From assembly GCF_000012285.1 (NCBI RefSeq), contig NC_007181.1, forward strand, positions 1 to 32,000: a stretch of DNA of 32,000 nt. Reading direction: 5' to 3'. The notes below the pieces were generated by a model. The model was not told where the DNA came from, did not search any database, and saw only the letters and a program-made list of their open reading frames with translations. Of this stretch, positions 1-9,520 are shown piece after piece (within the stretch, counting starts at the first letter, position 1; each line of letters starts with the position of its first letter). This stretch comes from Sulfolobus acidocaldarius DSM 639 (GTDB lineage: Archaea > Thermoproteota > Thermoprotei_A > Sulfolobales > Sulfolobaceae). The position numbers were made by a program, and so were the translations under genes.

Positions 1-100
1 GGGGAGTTAAATGACTGTAATCCCTATTTCAAAATAGTTTGAGGTAACACCATTGGAAATTATTGTAAACTAAAATAACGTATGAAACATATGTATTCAT

Positions 101-1261
101 GTGGCAATTAGGGAAACGCTGAAAGGTGGCAAAGGGGAGGTTATAAAGAATCCTAAGGTCTTCATAGATCCCCTTACCGTATTTAAGGATATTCCTTTTA
201 GAGAGGATATTCTTAGAGAGGTTGCTATTGCTGTAAGGTATTTCGTTAAAAATAACATGAAATTCTCGACCCTGTTTCTCGGTTTGACCGGAACCGGAAA
301 AACTTTCGTTGCCATGTATATGTTTAACGAGATACAGGAGGTTAAGAAGGAGGACGGTGAGTATGGTGTAGTGTCTCAGGCTTATGTTAACTGTAGGGAG
401 GTAGGTGGGACACCTCAGGCTGTTTTATCAGCCATAACTCAACGTATAACGGGTGAGGAGGTTCCTAAGCATGGAATAAATCTTGGTGAGTACATAGAAA
501 GAATTAAGGAAAATTTAGTAGATAAGAAAGCCTTAATATATCTTGACGAAGTAGACACTTTGATTAAAAGGAGAGGCGGAGATATAGTACTTTACCAACT
601 ACTAAGAGCAAACGCTGACATTTCAGTAATTATGGTAAGTAACGATATTAATATCCGTGATTATATGGAACCGCGAGTTCTTTCATCTCTAGGTCCGACA
701 ATTTTCTTTAAGCCCTATGATGCAGAACAGTTAAAGCATATACTTTCCATCTATTCTGAATACGGATTAATTAAAGGGTCGTATACAGACGAAATTCTAT
801 CATATATTGCTGCTATATCAGCTAAAGAACACGGTGATGCAAGAAAAGCAGTTAATTTGCTATTTAGGGCTGCTCAGTTAGCCTCAGGGGAAGGAATGAT
901 CAGAAAGGAGCATGTAGATAGGGCGATAATAGAATATGAGCAAGAGAGGCTAATAGAGGCAATAAAAGCCCTTCCATTTCACTATAAGCTAGCTCTAATT
1001 GCATCTATGCAAGCTTCTGATGTTATCACGGCACATAAGATTTACTCGGATCTGTGTAATGAGTACAAACAGAAACCCCTATCCTACAGAAGATTTTCTG
1101 ACGTGATATCTGAGCTTGATATGTTTGGTATAATAAAGGTTAAAATAATAAATAAGGGAAGGGCGGGAGGAATTAAGAAAACAATAGAGGTTGCAGATAA
1201 GGAGAAGATAACTAAAGCATTGGAAGAGGCAATGCAGTTAGAGTATGAGGACACAGTGTAA
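101..1261 (+). CDS. cdc6: Orc1/Cdc6 family replication initiator, AAA+ ATPase (probably the Orc1-3/Cdc6-3 type)
   Basis: GTG start; Walker A GLTGTGKT, Walker B LIYLDEVD, sensor region [16 protein letters not shown]-terminal winged-helix region. Paralogue assignment is inference. Confidence 0.95.
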
Positions 1262-1293
1262 CACTGAAATTATACTGTAATAGGTCGGTTTAC

Positions 1294-1629
1294 ATGTTAT
1301 GGGAAATTGTAAAAGTACTAGAAGAGAGGAGGAGTAAACTGGATACAGAGATCGCTGAACTGCAGAAGGTTTTGGATACGTTACCTAATGGTCATCTTGA
1401 GGAAAAGGTAGTGAAGGGTAAAAAGTATTATTATCTTAGGTATTGGGAGAACGGTAGGTTAAGGAGTAAGTATTTGGGGAAAGATGTAACTGAAATCAAG
1501 GAGAAGTTTAAGATTGCCACAGAGACTAAGATAAAGTTAAATAGATTGATAGAAGAAAGAAATAGAATAGTAAGAATTCTAGATAAAATAAGTAAAATTC
1601 TAGTAGAAAATGACCAATTAAATACATAA
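1294..1629 (+). CDS. Small conserved hypothetical coiled-coil protein downstream of cdc6
   Basis: Intact 111-aa ORF, charged, with helical ends around KKYYYLRYWENGRLRSKYLG. Confidence 0.7.
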   Translation: MLWEIVKVLEERRSKLDTEIAELQKVLDTLPNGHLEEKVVKGKKYYYLRYWENGRLRSKYLGKDVTEIKEKFKIATETKIKLNRLIEERNRIVRILDKISKILVENDQLNT

Positions 1630-1664
1630 TTTTATATATTTATAAAATTATAAACTAACCTGAT

Positions 1665-2504
1665 ATGTTAGAGAACCTTCTATTTAGCATTATAATCTAT
1701 CAAGCAACTAGCATATCAGAGGCTCTATCGAACTTAGCTACAGAAATTATTAACGCAATTCCTTCAATAATACTATTTGTAATTATAGTAATTATCGGAT
1801 ATATTGTTGCCGATATAGTGGCAAGTATAGTAGGTAGAGTACTTAGGTCGCTGGTATCCAGTAGTACTATCCACATAAGTGCTAATCTAGTCTCAGGAAC
1901 TGTGAAGGCATTGATAATAATAATCTCATTAGCAATTGCATTTTCCATTTTGAACTTAGGACCTGCAAATACATATATTTCTGCAATAGCCACATATCTA
2001 CCCTATCTAGCTGGGGCAATTCTATTACTTACCCTAGGTATAACACTAATTAACATTCTACTGGACTACATATCTGCTCAGATTAAGGTTGACGATCCAT
2101 TTGCTGCATCGATATTTTCAGTTTTAAGATTAGGATTATATGCAGTTATAATAACTGTTGCTGCAACTTTAGCTATTTTCCAATGGATCCCATTCATAAG
2201 TGCTTATCTATTCTACGATATTCTAATAGGATTCTTAGTTCTCCTGTTTAGTTTTGTGATTATTGACAAAGCTATGGAAAATATTTCTAAAAGTGATCCA
2301 AACGCAACATATATAACCACATATGGTAGGTTTATTCTCTACGCAATATTTATCCTAGTTGCAGTAGCTATAATAATACAACCATTTAGTAATGTAACTT
2401 CGATAATTCAGATCCTAGCATGGGGATTAGCAATAGGATTTGGAATTTTATTAATCCCACTGATATATGCTATGGCTAAGAAATTGGCTTCAGAATTTAA
2501 GTGA
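1665..2504 (+). CDS. Multi-TM membrane protein with MscS-like 'conserved TM helix' organisation
   Basis: 279-aa ORF; repeated glycine-containing hydrophobic helices (IPSIILFVIIVIIGYIVADIVASIVGRVLR; YLPYLAGAILLLTLGITLINILLDYI). Confidence 0.75.
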   Translation: MLENLLFSIIIYQATSISEALSNLATEIINAIPSIILFVIIVIIGYIVADIVASIVGRVLRSLVSSSTIHISANLVSGTVKALIIIISLAIAFSILNLGPANTYISAIATYLPYLAGAILLLTLGITLINILLDYISAQIKVDDPFAASIFSVLRLGLYAVIITVAATLAIFQWIPFISAYLFYDILIGFLVLLFSFVIIDKAMENISKSDPNATYITTYGRFILYAIFILVAVAIIIQPFSNVTSIIQILAWGLAIGFGILLIPLIYAMAKKLASEFK

Positions 2505-2556
2505 TGAGAACTCCCCAGTCAGAATCCATGAAGAGTCCTTTAAGTACTGACATTAG
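2496..2556 (+). ncRNA. C/D box guide sRNA (candidate 2'-O-methylation guide)
   Basis: C box GTGATGA (2501-2507), 12-nt guide GAACTCCCCAGT, D'-like CAGA (2520-2523), 4-nt spacer, C'-like ATGAAGA (2528-2534), 12-nt guide GTCCTTTAAGTA, D box CTGA (2547-2550). Both guides complement a conserved 16S rRNA segment. Outer ends are approximate. Confidence 0.85.
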
Positions 2557-3056
2557 ATAAAGAAAGTTATTTTTTCTTCTCCACCTACTTTTGTACCTCT
2601 ATTAACTTTCACATAAACTATATTTTTATTTATAGTAACCTGACCATGGATTTTGATGTCCAAGATCCTTCCAGGCATAACCCAAGTTACTTCGTATGGG
2701 TATTCAGCTTCCTCTTCCTCGTAATAGTTTACGTATTCATTACTTCCTCTTCGCAGTCTTCCCCTGAATGTTATTATAAACTCAACAAATGGTAGGTCAA
2801 CTTTTATAAGTCCTAGTTTCGCCCATATAACTCTTGCTCTTGATTTCTCACCATTTATTAAAATAGTTTCTTGGTCTAAAAAATATTGTAAATTACTCTT
2901 TATGTTTTTCAGCTCTAAATCTAAGCTACTTTTATTAAGTGAGGCATAATAATTCTCAGGATCCTCATAGTAAAAAATAGTATATTGTGTAACTTTTCCA
3001 TTTCTGCTAAATGTGAAAACTCCAGAAGCATAAATTGGTTTTACTTTTTCACTCAT
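2553..3056 (-). CDS. Conserved hypothetical protein
   Basis: ORF-track ORF 2553..3110; MSEKVKP start at 3056 preferred, giving an 8-nt overlap with the upstream gene end at 3049. Confidence 0.7.
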   Translation of the reverse strand: MSEKVKPIYASGVFTFSRNGKVTQYTIFYYEDPENYYASLNKSSLDLELKNIKSNLQYFLDQETILINGEKSRARVIWAKLGLIKVDLPFVEFIITFRGRLRRGSNEYVNYYEEEEAEYPYEVTWVMPGRILDIKIHGQVTINKNIVYVKVNRGTKVGGEEKITFFI

Positions 3057-3768
3057 TCTTACTCCTTTTTCTTCTAGTTTTAGGATTTGACTCAAGTAAA
3101 GCTGTGACAACTTCCTTTAGTCCGTCACACTTGTTCATTTTTTCGTTTACCATTGCTACAAAGCAAAACAAACTCTTTATCCTCTCAAAGTTCGTAAACT
3201 TGATGGAATTCTGAGGTCTTTCCGTGGATATGGAGACGAATCTAGTCTGACCACTTGTGAGAGCTTTTAAAGATAACTTATTAATAGTCAAAATTTCACT
3301 GGATACCCATTTACCTTGTGTTTCCATTGGTAATTCTAGTTTTACTAACTTAACTTCCTGGCACTCATTATTTACTTCAACTTCATCTCTTCTTTCCAAT
3401 AAATCCACTATCTCAGATTCTCTAGTCGATGCAGTTAGGAATTGGTCAAATAGTTTCTTTACATCAGGGTTATTATACGCACAGTATGTGAGCTTTGTTA
3501 ACTCTTCAATGCTGGACAAACTTCTCAGGGTAATGTTATTTGTCCCCCTAGCTGTGGAAAGAGATAGTAGTGTTGGACCCTTTGGAATCAACAGAACTTC
3601 AAATCTAAAGTAATTGCTCTCGGCTATCCTCACTATGTATGTCTTGTTGTTTTCATCCGCATGTTTTCTAAATAGATTAAACTTTTGAGATAAATAATCC
3701 TTGTTGCAGTTTTCTACGAAAAAATTAAAACCTCTAATGTCTCTTAAGTCTTCAGTAGAACATTTCAT
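3049..3768 (-). CDS. Hypothetical protein
   Basis: 239-aa ORF; apparent operon with 2553..3056. Confidence 0.65.
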   Translation of the reverse strand: MKCSTEDLRDIRGFNFFVENCNKDYLSQKFNLFRKHADENNKTYIVRIAESNYFRFEVLLIPKGPTLLSLSTARGTNNITLRSLSSIEELTKLTYCAYNNPDVKKLFDQFLTASTRESEIVDLLERRDEVEVNNECQEVKLVKLELPMETQGKWVSSEILTINKLSLKALTSGQTRFVSISTERPQNSIKFTNFERIKSLFCFVAMVNEKMNKCDGLKEVVTALLESNPKTRRKRSKNE

Positions 3769-3800
3769 AAATATAGATTCTTAATAAGATATATAAAAAA

Positions 3801-4052
3801 TTATACCTGATTGGAATAAAATTCAAGATTTTTGAAGCTAACTTCATATACGTATTTCTTAGTTTTTCTAGCCTTTACAAATCCAAATTTTTCTAGTAAT
3901 TCTAAGTGATATCTGACTGTTGAATAATTCAAATCAAGCTCTTTAGACAGTTCGTAAGCAGTTTTTGGTTTCTCTGATAAACTCTCTAATATTTTCCTCC
4001 TAGTATCCCAACCAGGGAGTGACATGAGTTCCTCTAACTTTACGATGCTCAT
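3801..4052 (-). CDS. Winged-helix (ArsR-like) transcriptional regulator
   Basis: ILESLSEKPKTAYELSKELDLNYSTVRYHLELLEKFGFVKARKTKKYVYEV is a classic wHTH. Confidence 0.88.
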   Translation of the reverse strand: MSIVKLEELMSLPGWDTRRKILESLSEKPKTAYELSKELDLNYSTVRYHLELLEKFGFVKARKTKKYVYEVSFKNLEFYSNQV

Positions 4053-4065
4053 ATGCTACATGAGC
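4047..4065. promoter_or_regulatory. Inverted repeat at the wHTH gene start (possible autoregulatory operator)
   Basis: GCTCAT-ATGCTAC-ATGAGC: 6-bp perfect arms, 7-nt spacer, overlapping the start codon. Confidence 0.3.
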
Positions 4066-4137
4066 CGTTCTTTATGTTTAAATCTAAGCCTTTTTGGAAT
4101 AGTAAAAATTTACTGAAAACTAGATAAACATTTTTTT

Positions 4138-4419
4138 CTAAAATGGATGGTATTTTAGTCTATTTAAAACAACCATTGCTACAAGAAATAACGTCAGTGT
4201 TATTACAGCATATGTATAATATTCATGGATACCAAGTAATAATAGAAGAATAAGCGAAAGAGGTATAGGTAGAAAATATTTATCATACATAGTATTTAGT
4301 GCTGATAATCCAATGGCAGGTATAAGAAAAATTGGTGATAATAAAGAGAGGATAAGGAACAGGAGAAGAAGTAGGAATAGTACAGTCTCCATTAAATTAG
4401 ATCTTTTGAGTAACTGCAT
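4138..4419 (-). CDS. Small three-helix membrane protein
   Basis: 93-aa ORF, highly hydrophobic; adjacent to and co-oriented with the wHTH gene. Confidence 0.6.
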   Translation of the reverse strand: MQLLKRSNLMETVLFLLLLLFLILSLLSPIFLIPAIGLSALNTMYDKYFLPIPLSLILLLLLGIHEYYTYAVITLTLFLVAMVVLNRLKYHPF

Positions 4420-4455
4420 ATTCCAATATATGATTAAGTTTCTAACTAAAAAAGA

Positions 4456-5271
4456 TTAAAGTTCTCTTAATACGTCATGAAACGTTGAAATATGTTCTCT
4501 GAAACTACTGAAAAATCTATTTTTCCTATTCTCATTAATGTTAATTTCAATTATAATCCTGTCTTCTTCAAATAATTTCGCCTTTGCTTTAATTTCGCCC
4601 AGAGGGGATACAGCCATAGAGCCACCCCAAAAATACTCTTCCTCCTGGCTACCTACTGAATTTGAAAATAGGGTCCATATTCCGTTAATCAGTGAGTGGG
4701 CTTTCAATAAAGCCTCCCAATTATCCTGTATGAATAGTTTATGTGATGTCAATCTTCTCATGGGTGAAGCAGAGGGTATGAAAATGGCATCTGCCCCTAA
4801 CATGGTTAATGCTTCTATAGGCTCATAATGCCACGCATCCTCACATACAATTACACCGAATCTTAATCCCTTATACTCAAATATGTTTAAGTCCCTTATA
4901 GGGTTTCCAGGTTGGAAATATCTTCTTTCTTCAAAAAGTCCATATGTGGGTAAATAGAATTTGTATACGTAATTTATCTGAGAATTTAATATAACGCCTG
5001 CCGTATTTCTTAATATCCCTGGTCTCACTTCTTTTATAAAACCTACTATGATACAACCTCTTGCATTTTCCGCAATTTTGTTTAGAGCATTTTCACTGTC
5101 CTTATATACCTCATAAACCAAATCTTTAAGCACGTAACCTGTTAGAGATAGTTCCGGGAAAACTACACATTCTGCACTAGAAGTTTGTAGTATCTCTAAA
5201 TGCTTGTTCAGATTATATTCTACATCTCCTAGTTTTGAAGATATTTGTGCTAACTCAACCTTTATGCCCAT
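4456..5271 (-). CDS. Nitrilase-superfamily amidohydrolase, probable glutaminase subunit of NAD+ synthetase
   Basis: E-K-C triad contexts VVFPELSLTGY, YKFYLPTYGLFEERRYF, FGVIVCEDAWH; overlaps the 3' end of nadE by 10 nt. Confidence 0.9.
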   Translation of the reverse strand: MGIKVELAQISSKLGDVEYNLNKHLEILQTSSAECVVFPELSLTGYVLKDLVYEVYKDSENALNKIAENARGCIIVGFIKEVRPGILRNTAGVILNSQINYVYKFYLPTYGLFEERRYFQPGNPIRDLNIFEYKGLRFGVIVCEDAWHYEPIEALTMLGADAIFIPSASPMRRLTSHKLFIQDNWEALLKAHSLINGIWTLFSNSVGSQEEEYFWGGSMAVSPLGEIKAKAKLFEEDRIIIEININENRKNRFFSSFREHISTFHDVLREL

Positions 5272-6107
5272 TGTCTTGGATACCTCCAGTCTGAATTTAT
5301 TGATCTTCCACTTAGTCTAAATATCTCAGGTGGCAGTCGCTTATGCTGAGAGATCTTTACCATTCGCACAATCCTTCTCACTAAGTCTATTGGAACATTT
5401 ACTAACGCTGAAATTTCATTCTCACTCCTCATTTCCTCGAACCTGAGGTACAATATTGAATCTATAGTCTCATAGTCTAATCCTATTTCGCCTTCTGCAG
5501 TTTGCCCTTCCCACAAGGCAGGAGAGGGAGGCTTCTTTACAATATCCTCTGGTACTCCCAAATATCTACCAAGCATTCTTACTTGGGTTTTATATAAGTC
5601 ACCTAGGGGAAGTATGTCTACTCCACCGTCCCCGTATTTGGTGAAATAACCCAGCATAAGTTCACTTTTGTCCCCCGTACCCACAACTAAGTAGTTGAAT
5701 TTTTGGGCAAAAGCATATAACAAGATCATTCTACTTCTTGCTTTTATGTTGCCCGAAATAATTTTATCATTAGTCTTTACCGCTAACCTAAATTGATCCA
5801 CTATTGGATCTATGTTTATGATCGTGTACTTTGATTCAGTAGCATTTATGAGACGTAAAATCATGAAGGCATGGTCTAAATCTTCTTTTGGTGTACTTGA
5901 TGAAGGCATTAATAGTACATGAAAATTTTCAGTTGCTTTAGATAAAAGAACTGAAGCAACAGAGGAGTCTATACCTCCACTTAATCCAATTATACCTCCG
6001 CTCTTTCCACTGTTATTGATGTAATCCTTAATTCTCTTGACTAAGTATTCAGTAACTAAAGGGAAATTAAGTGTTAATTTTTCCCTTACATATTCCGGCA
6101 TCATCAA
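5262..6107 (-). CDS. nadE: NAD+ synthase, ATP-pyrophosphatase domain
   Basis: GLSGGIDSSV PP-loop; GTGDKSELMLGYFTKYGDGGVDILPLGDLYKTQVR. Confidence 0.95.
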   Translation of the reverse strand: MMMPEYVREKLTLNFPLVTEYLVKRIKDYINNSGKSGGIIGLSGGIDSSVASVLLSKATENFHVLLMPSSSTPKEDLDHAFMILRLINATESKYTIINIDPIVDQFRLAVKTNDKIISGNIKARSRMILLYAFAQKFNYLVVGTGDKSELMLGYFTKYGDGGVDILPLGDLYKTQVRMLGRYLGVPEDIVKKPPSPALWEGQTAEGEIGLDYETIDSILYLRFEEMRSENEISALVNVPIDLVRRIVRMVKISQHKRLPPEIFRLSGRSINSDWRYPRQWA

Positions 6108-6116
6108 TTTATAATC

Positions 6117-7706
6117 CTACTGAGTGCTATTAACAGTATATGTTGCAAAATAGTATTCTGAATATACTTGCACTGTAAATGGTGTGGAATTTATAGCCTC
6201 TAATGAATTGCTGGCATACGCAAACACCAGAGCACTAGAGTTTGGCGGGATAACAGTCTCAGTTGAATTCCATACCATGTTTAGATTGTTAGGTATAGAT
6301 ACTCTAACTAATGTTATATTGACCGGTTCATTTTTAGTGTTTTGGACCTTAATTATTAAAGCAGTATATGGTGGGGTATTCTGCAAGGTGTATACTTCAT
6401 CTATTTTTAGTGGATTTGAAGCCACGTAAGACTCGTGGGCGTAAACTGACAATGATGCTAAGAAAACAAATATAATAAGTAATGGCAATACGATTTTTTT
6501 CTTAAAGTTAAGTTTGATTGTTGGGAGCTTATACTGAGTTCTAAACAGGGAAGTGAAGATCAACGGTATCCACATAAAGAAATATTCCGTTAGTGTCCTC
6601 CACAGAAACCATGAGATGATGAGTGGAAATAGCCAAATAATTTCCTTCAAATAATCAAAGAGTTGGTAATATAAGTATGTTAAGAATATGGCTACTACGC
6701 CAAACACTATAGTGAAGAACCATGGCTCCATAGGATACAATCCAGAGTATGAGATAACTGTAAGACCTATCTGACCAACTGGTATCAGTTGCGTATTCAA
6801 TGTTATTATGTTGCCTATGAATCTCACAGGATTCCAAGCTAGAAATGGAATATTTATGATGGATAGTGTAATAAGGAATGATAGGAAGTAACTAGATCTA
6901 AGAAATTGTTTGCCCACGTTGTCGCTTCTGATCCTGTAAATCAGTAGAAAAGGGAAAGCAAGCCATGATAGTTGGGAAAATGATATGGCTAAGGCTAAGC
7001 TAATTCCTCCTAGATAATTCTTCTTAACGTAAGATAAAGCCAGAAAAGTTGATGCGATAACTATAGGCACGCCATAGAAAGGTGGTATGGATACTGCAGT
7101 GATTATATATAAAAATATGACAGGAAAAAGTGCAAATGGATCGTCCTTTTCTTTACCAATTTTGTAGAGTAACAAGCCTAATATGACTGCAAATATAACG
7201 TTTTCAGCATTTAAAACGTAACCAGGTAAGTTAAACGCCTTTATTAGAAGATAAATGGGGATATAAACGATAAACGAGAACGGAGGATAGATGAAGTTAC
7301 TTGCTACACCTCCAGATAAGGTATAAGTTGGTTGGACTGTATGTGGTCCATATACCATCTCGTAAGGATTTTTGCCCTGGAAAAAGTTGTTCAATGCCTC
7401 ATACGTGTACTCCATATTATCAGTTCCGAAGGAGTTTATGAGGGAGAGACCTATAAATAGGAAAGTTAATGTGGCAATAATAACCACGAAATCATCTATT
7501 CTCTCCATTTTCCTTTGTGGGCTTAATATTTCAGGATATATGGCTATTATTATTATGGCTACCACAGAGAAGAAGGAGATAGAGACTATTGCAGACTGCA
7601 CGGGATTTGAAAGAATACTCTCTCTCGAATTATACACAAACAAGACGTAAAGCATGATTGAAGAAAGAAGAAAATAGACTATTCGTCTACGTAATTCTGA
7701 ATCCAC
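6117..7706 (-). CDS. Polytopic membrane protein, GT-C / GT87-like glycosyltransferase candidate
   Basis: 529 aa, about 10 TM segments, NPYEMVYGPH...YPPFSFIVYIPIY pattern, C-terminal beta-rich extracellular domain. Confidence 0.6.
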   Translation of the reverse strand: MDSELRRRIVYFLLSSIMLYVLFVYNSRESILSNPVQSAIVSISFFSVVAIIIIAIYPEILSPQRKMERIDDFVVIIATLTFLFIGLSLINSFGTDNMEYTYEALNNFFQGKNPYEMVYGPHTVQPTYTLSGGVASNFIYPPFSFIVYIPIYLLIKAFNLPGYVLNAENVIFAVILGLLLYKIGKEKDDPFALFPVIFLYIITAVSIPPFYGVPIVIASTFLALSYVKKNYLGGISLALAISFSQLSWLAFPFLLIYRIRSDNVGKQFLRSSYFLSFLITLSIINIPFLAWNPVRFIGNIITLNTQLIPVGQIGLTVISYSGLYPMEPWFFTIVFGVVAIFLTYLYYQLFDYLKEIIWLFPLIISWFLWRTLTEYFFMWIPLIFTSLFRTQYKLPTIKLNFKKKIVLPLLIIFVFLASLSVYAHESYVASNPLKIDEVYTLQNTPPYTALIIKVQNTKNEPVNITLVRVSIPNNLNMVWNSTETVIPPNSSALVFAYASNSLEAINSTPFTVQVYSEYYFATYTVNSTQ

Positions 7707-7726
7707 AGAAATAATAAAGACCTTAT

Positions 7727-8245
7727 CTATATATTATTTTTGTTAGAAGTTACTCTTCCTAGTATCTCTTCCAGGAGTATATCCCTGTTTTGTATCGTTA
7801 CTTCATAGATCACACCATCATCAAACTTTATTGACCTATGAACAACAGCAATAACAGGGTAATTTGATGTCAGTATTTTATTTATCAAATTTTTGAGGGA
7901 AACAGAGGAAAGTTCCATGGGTCCTATTTCGTCAATCAAGATGATATCAGGGAAGCTAAATATTTCTTCCTCGAGCTGTCTTACGAAATTATCTTCTAAG
8001 ACTACATAATATTTTCCAATCCTGATTCCACTTCTAGCGTCTACTCTAGCAAGCCAAGCCTCTTTGCCTGATAGGACGCTTTTAATTTTAAAGCCCATTC
8101 TAGTATTATTAACTCTCACCTCTGGGCAATAAAAGCCTGTAATTCTCCAGTTCTTCTCTTTTAATATCCTGTAGATATTGAAGAGAAGTGTTGTCTTCCC
8201 TATGCCTGGTTTGCCTGTTATGTATATTCTAAAAGGCTTATCCAT
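7727..8245 (-). CDS. THEP1-family nucleoside-triphosphatase
   Basis: P-loop ITGKPGIGKTTL; Walker B IILIDEIGPMEL typical of the family. Confidence 0.92.
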   Translation of the reverse strand: MDKPFRIYITGKPGIGKTTLLFNIYRILKEKNWRITGFYCPEVRVNNTRMGFKIKSVLSGKEAWLARVDARSGIRIGKYYVVLEDNFVRQLEEEIFSFPDIILIDEIGPMELSSVSLKNLINKILTSNYPVIAVVHRSIKFDDGVIYEVTIQNRDILLEEILGRVTSNKNNI

Positions 8246-8366
8246 TAGAGTTCCCTATCTATTATATATGCTTGGGTTAACTGACATTAAGTTTTAAGAT
8301 TTAGAGATTTTTGGTTTATTAGTTTGTAATGCATTTTTTATACTACAAATCTGAAGAGTAAGAAAT

Positions 8367-9035
8367 ATGGCTAACGGAGTTTACATGTACGTAATTCAGG
8401 CTAAATTTAATAACGAATGGTGGTCAACCTCTCTCCAAACAAGAAGGAATATATTAAATAGAATAGAAGAATTAGAGGCTCGTAGTAAGAATGATCTTGT
8501 TGCATTAAAGAGATTTATTTCTCTGCGATACGATGGTCATCTTTTATATTGGGTATCAGACTTTGATACGTCTAAACTAAATAACCTCAGATATTCCCTG
8601 ATTTCTTCAGGGGAAGGATTTTTAGAGGAGAAGCTTACACTATTTTCGTATTTTAAACCATCACCTTATATTGGTGGTTCAGCTGATAAATTAGCCTCTT
8701 ACCTTAGACTAGAACCTCTCAGGTATTTTATAGCATACCCAATGAAAAAATCTCCTGAATGGTATTTACTACCTTTCGAAGAACGTAAAGAGATAATGGA
8801 TGAGCATATAGAGATAGCAAAGACCCATCCTGATAATCAGGGAATCAGGTCATATACCACTTATTCTTTTGGTATTGCTGACTATGAGTTCGTGGTAATT
8901 TATGAAGCTCCAGATCTCTCCAAGTGGATAAATGTAGTGGAGCGACTCAGGGAGGCAAAGGCAAGAAAGTGGGTTGTTTCAGAGGAGCCTATCCTTGTAG
9001 GAGAGATCGGATCTCTTGATATTTTCTTGAAATGA
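8367..9035 (+). CDS. Chlorite dismutase / HemQ-family protein
   Basis: FSYFKPSPYIGG, FIAYPMKKSPEWYLLPFEERKEIMDEH and FVVIYEAPDLSKWINVVERLREAKARKWV match family layout. Confidence 0.85.
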   Translation: MANGVYMYVIQAKFNNEWWSTSLQTRRNILNRIEELEARSKNDLVALKRFISLRYDGHLLYWVSDFDTSKLNNLRYSLISSGEGFLEEKLTLFSYFKPSPYIGGSADKLASYLRLEPLRYFIAYPMKKSPEWYLLPFEERKEIMDEHIEIAKTHPDNQGIRSYTTYSFGIADYEFVVIYEAPDLSKWINVVERLREAKARKWVVSEEPILVGEIGSLDIFLK

Positions 9036-9516
9036 ATAAGAGGCTGAGAATAGTTTTTCCGTCCTCTATTTTTCCTTCATCTATCATTTTAATTGCTTCA
9101 TCAATCGTTAATTCAAAAGGCTCTATTACCTCATACTCCTCTAATTTTTGAGTAGTTTTTGTCAAATTTGTAGCTATATATAGGTGCATTAACTCTGTTG
9201 CTATTCCAGGGGAGACATAGAATTTTAAAACCTTGAATAATTTAAGGGGAACATAACCTATTTCCTCCTCTAACTCTCTTCTTGCAGTTAGATCCTCACT
9301 TTCCCCTTCCTCTATTGTTCCAGCAGGAAACTCATATAACCACTTTCCTAATATGGGTCTGTATTGTTTGATCAAAATTATCCTCTCTGGTCCTAAAAAG
9401 GGAGCAATGACTACTGAGCCTCTATGTCTCACAAATGCTTTCTCCACTTGTTTTCCATTTGGTAAGTTAAAGTTCTCAATTAGTACATCAAATTTCTTAG
9501 ACGAATATATTCTCAT
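8989..9516 (-). CDS. Nudix hydrolase, ADP-ribose pyrophosphatase-like
   Basis: Nudix box GTIEEGESEDLTARRELEEEIG; overlaps the convergent gene by 47 nt. Confidence 0.92.
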   Translation of the reverse strand: MRIYSSKKFDVLIENFNLPNGKQVEKAFVRHRGSVVIAPFLGPERIILIKQYRPILGKWLYEFPAGTIEEGESEDLTARRELEEEIGYVPLKLFKVLKFYVSPGIATELMHLYIATNLTKTTQKLEEYEVIEPFELTIDEAIKMIDEGKIEDGKTILSLLFISRKYQEIRSLLQG

Positions 9517-9520
9517 AGGA

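Noticed and set aside
3257-3613. 118-aa plus-strand ORF opposite the 239-aa hypothetical
   Set aside because: Antisense reading frame of an ORF that fits the local operon better; low-complexity Ser/Leu composition typical of a shadow ORF. The sense gene is itself uncharacterised, so this is not absolute.
6616-6650. ATGATGA C-box match on the plus strand
   Set aside because: No D box or paired C'/D' at usable distance; lies inside the membrane protein gene.
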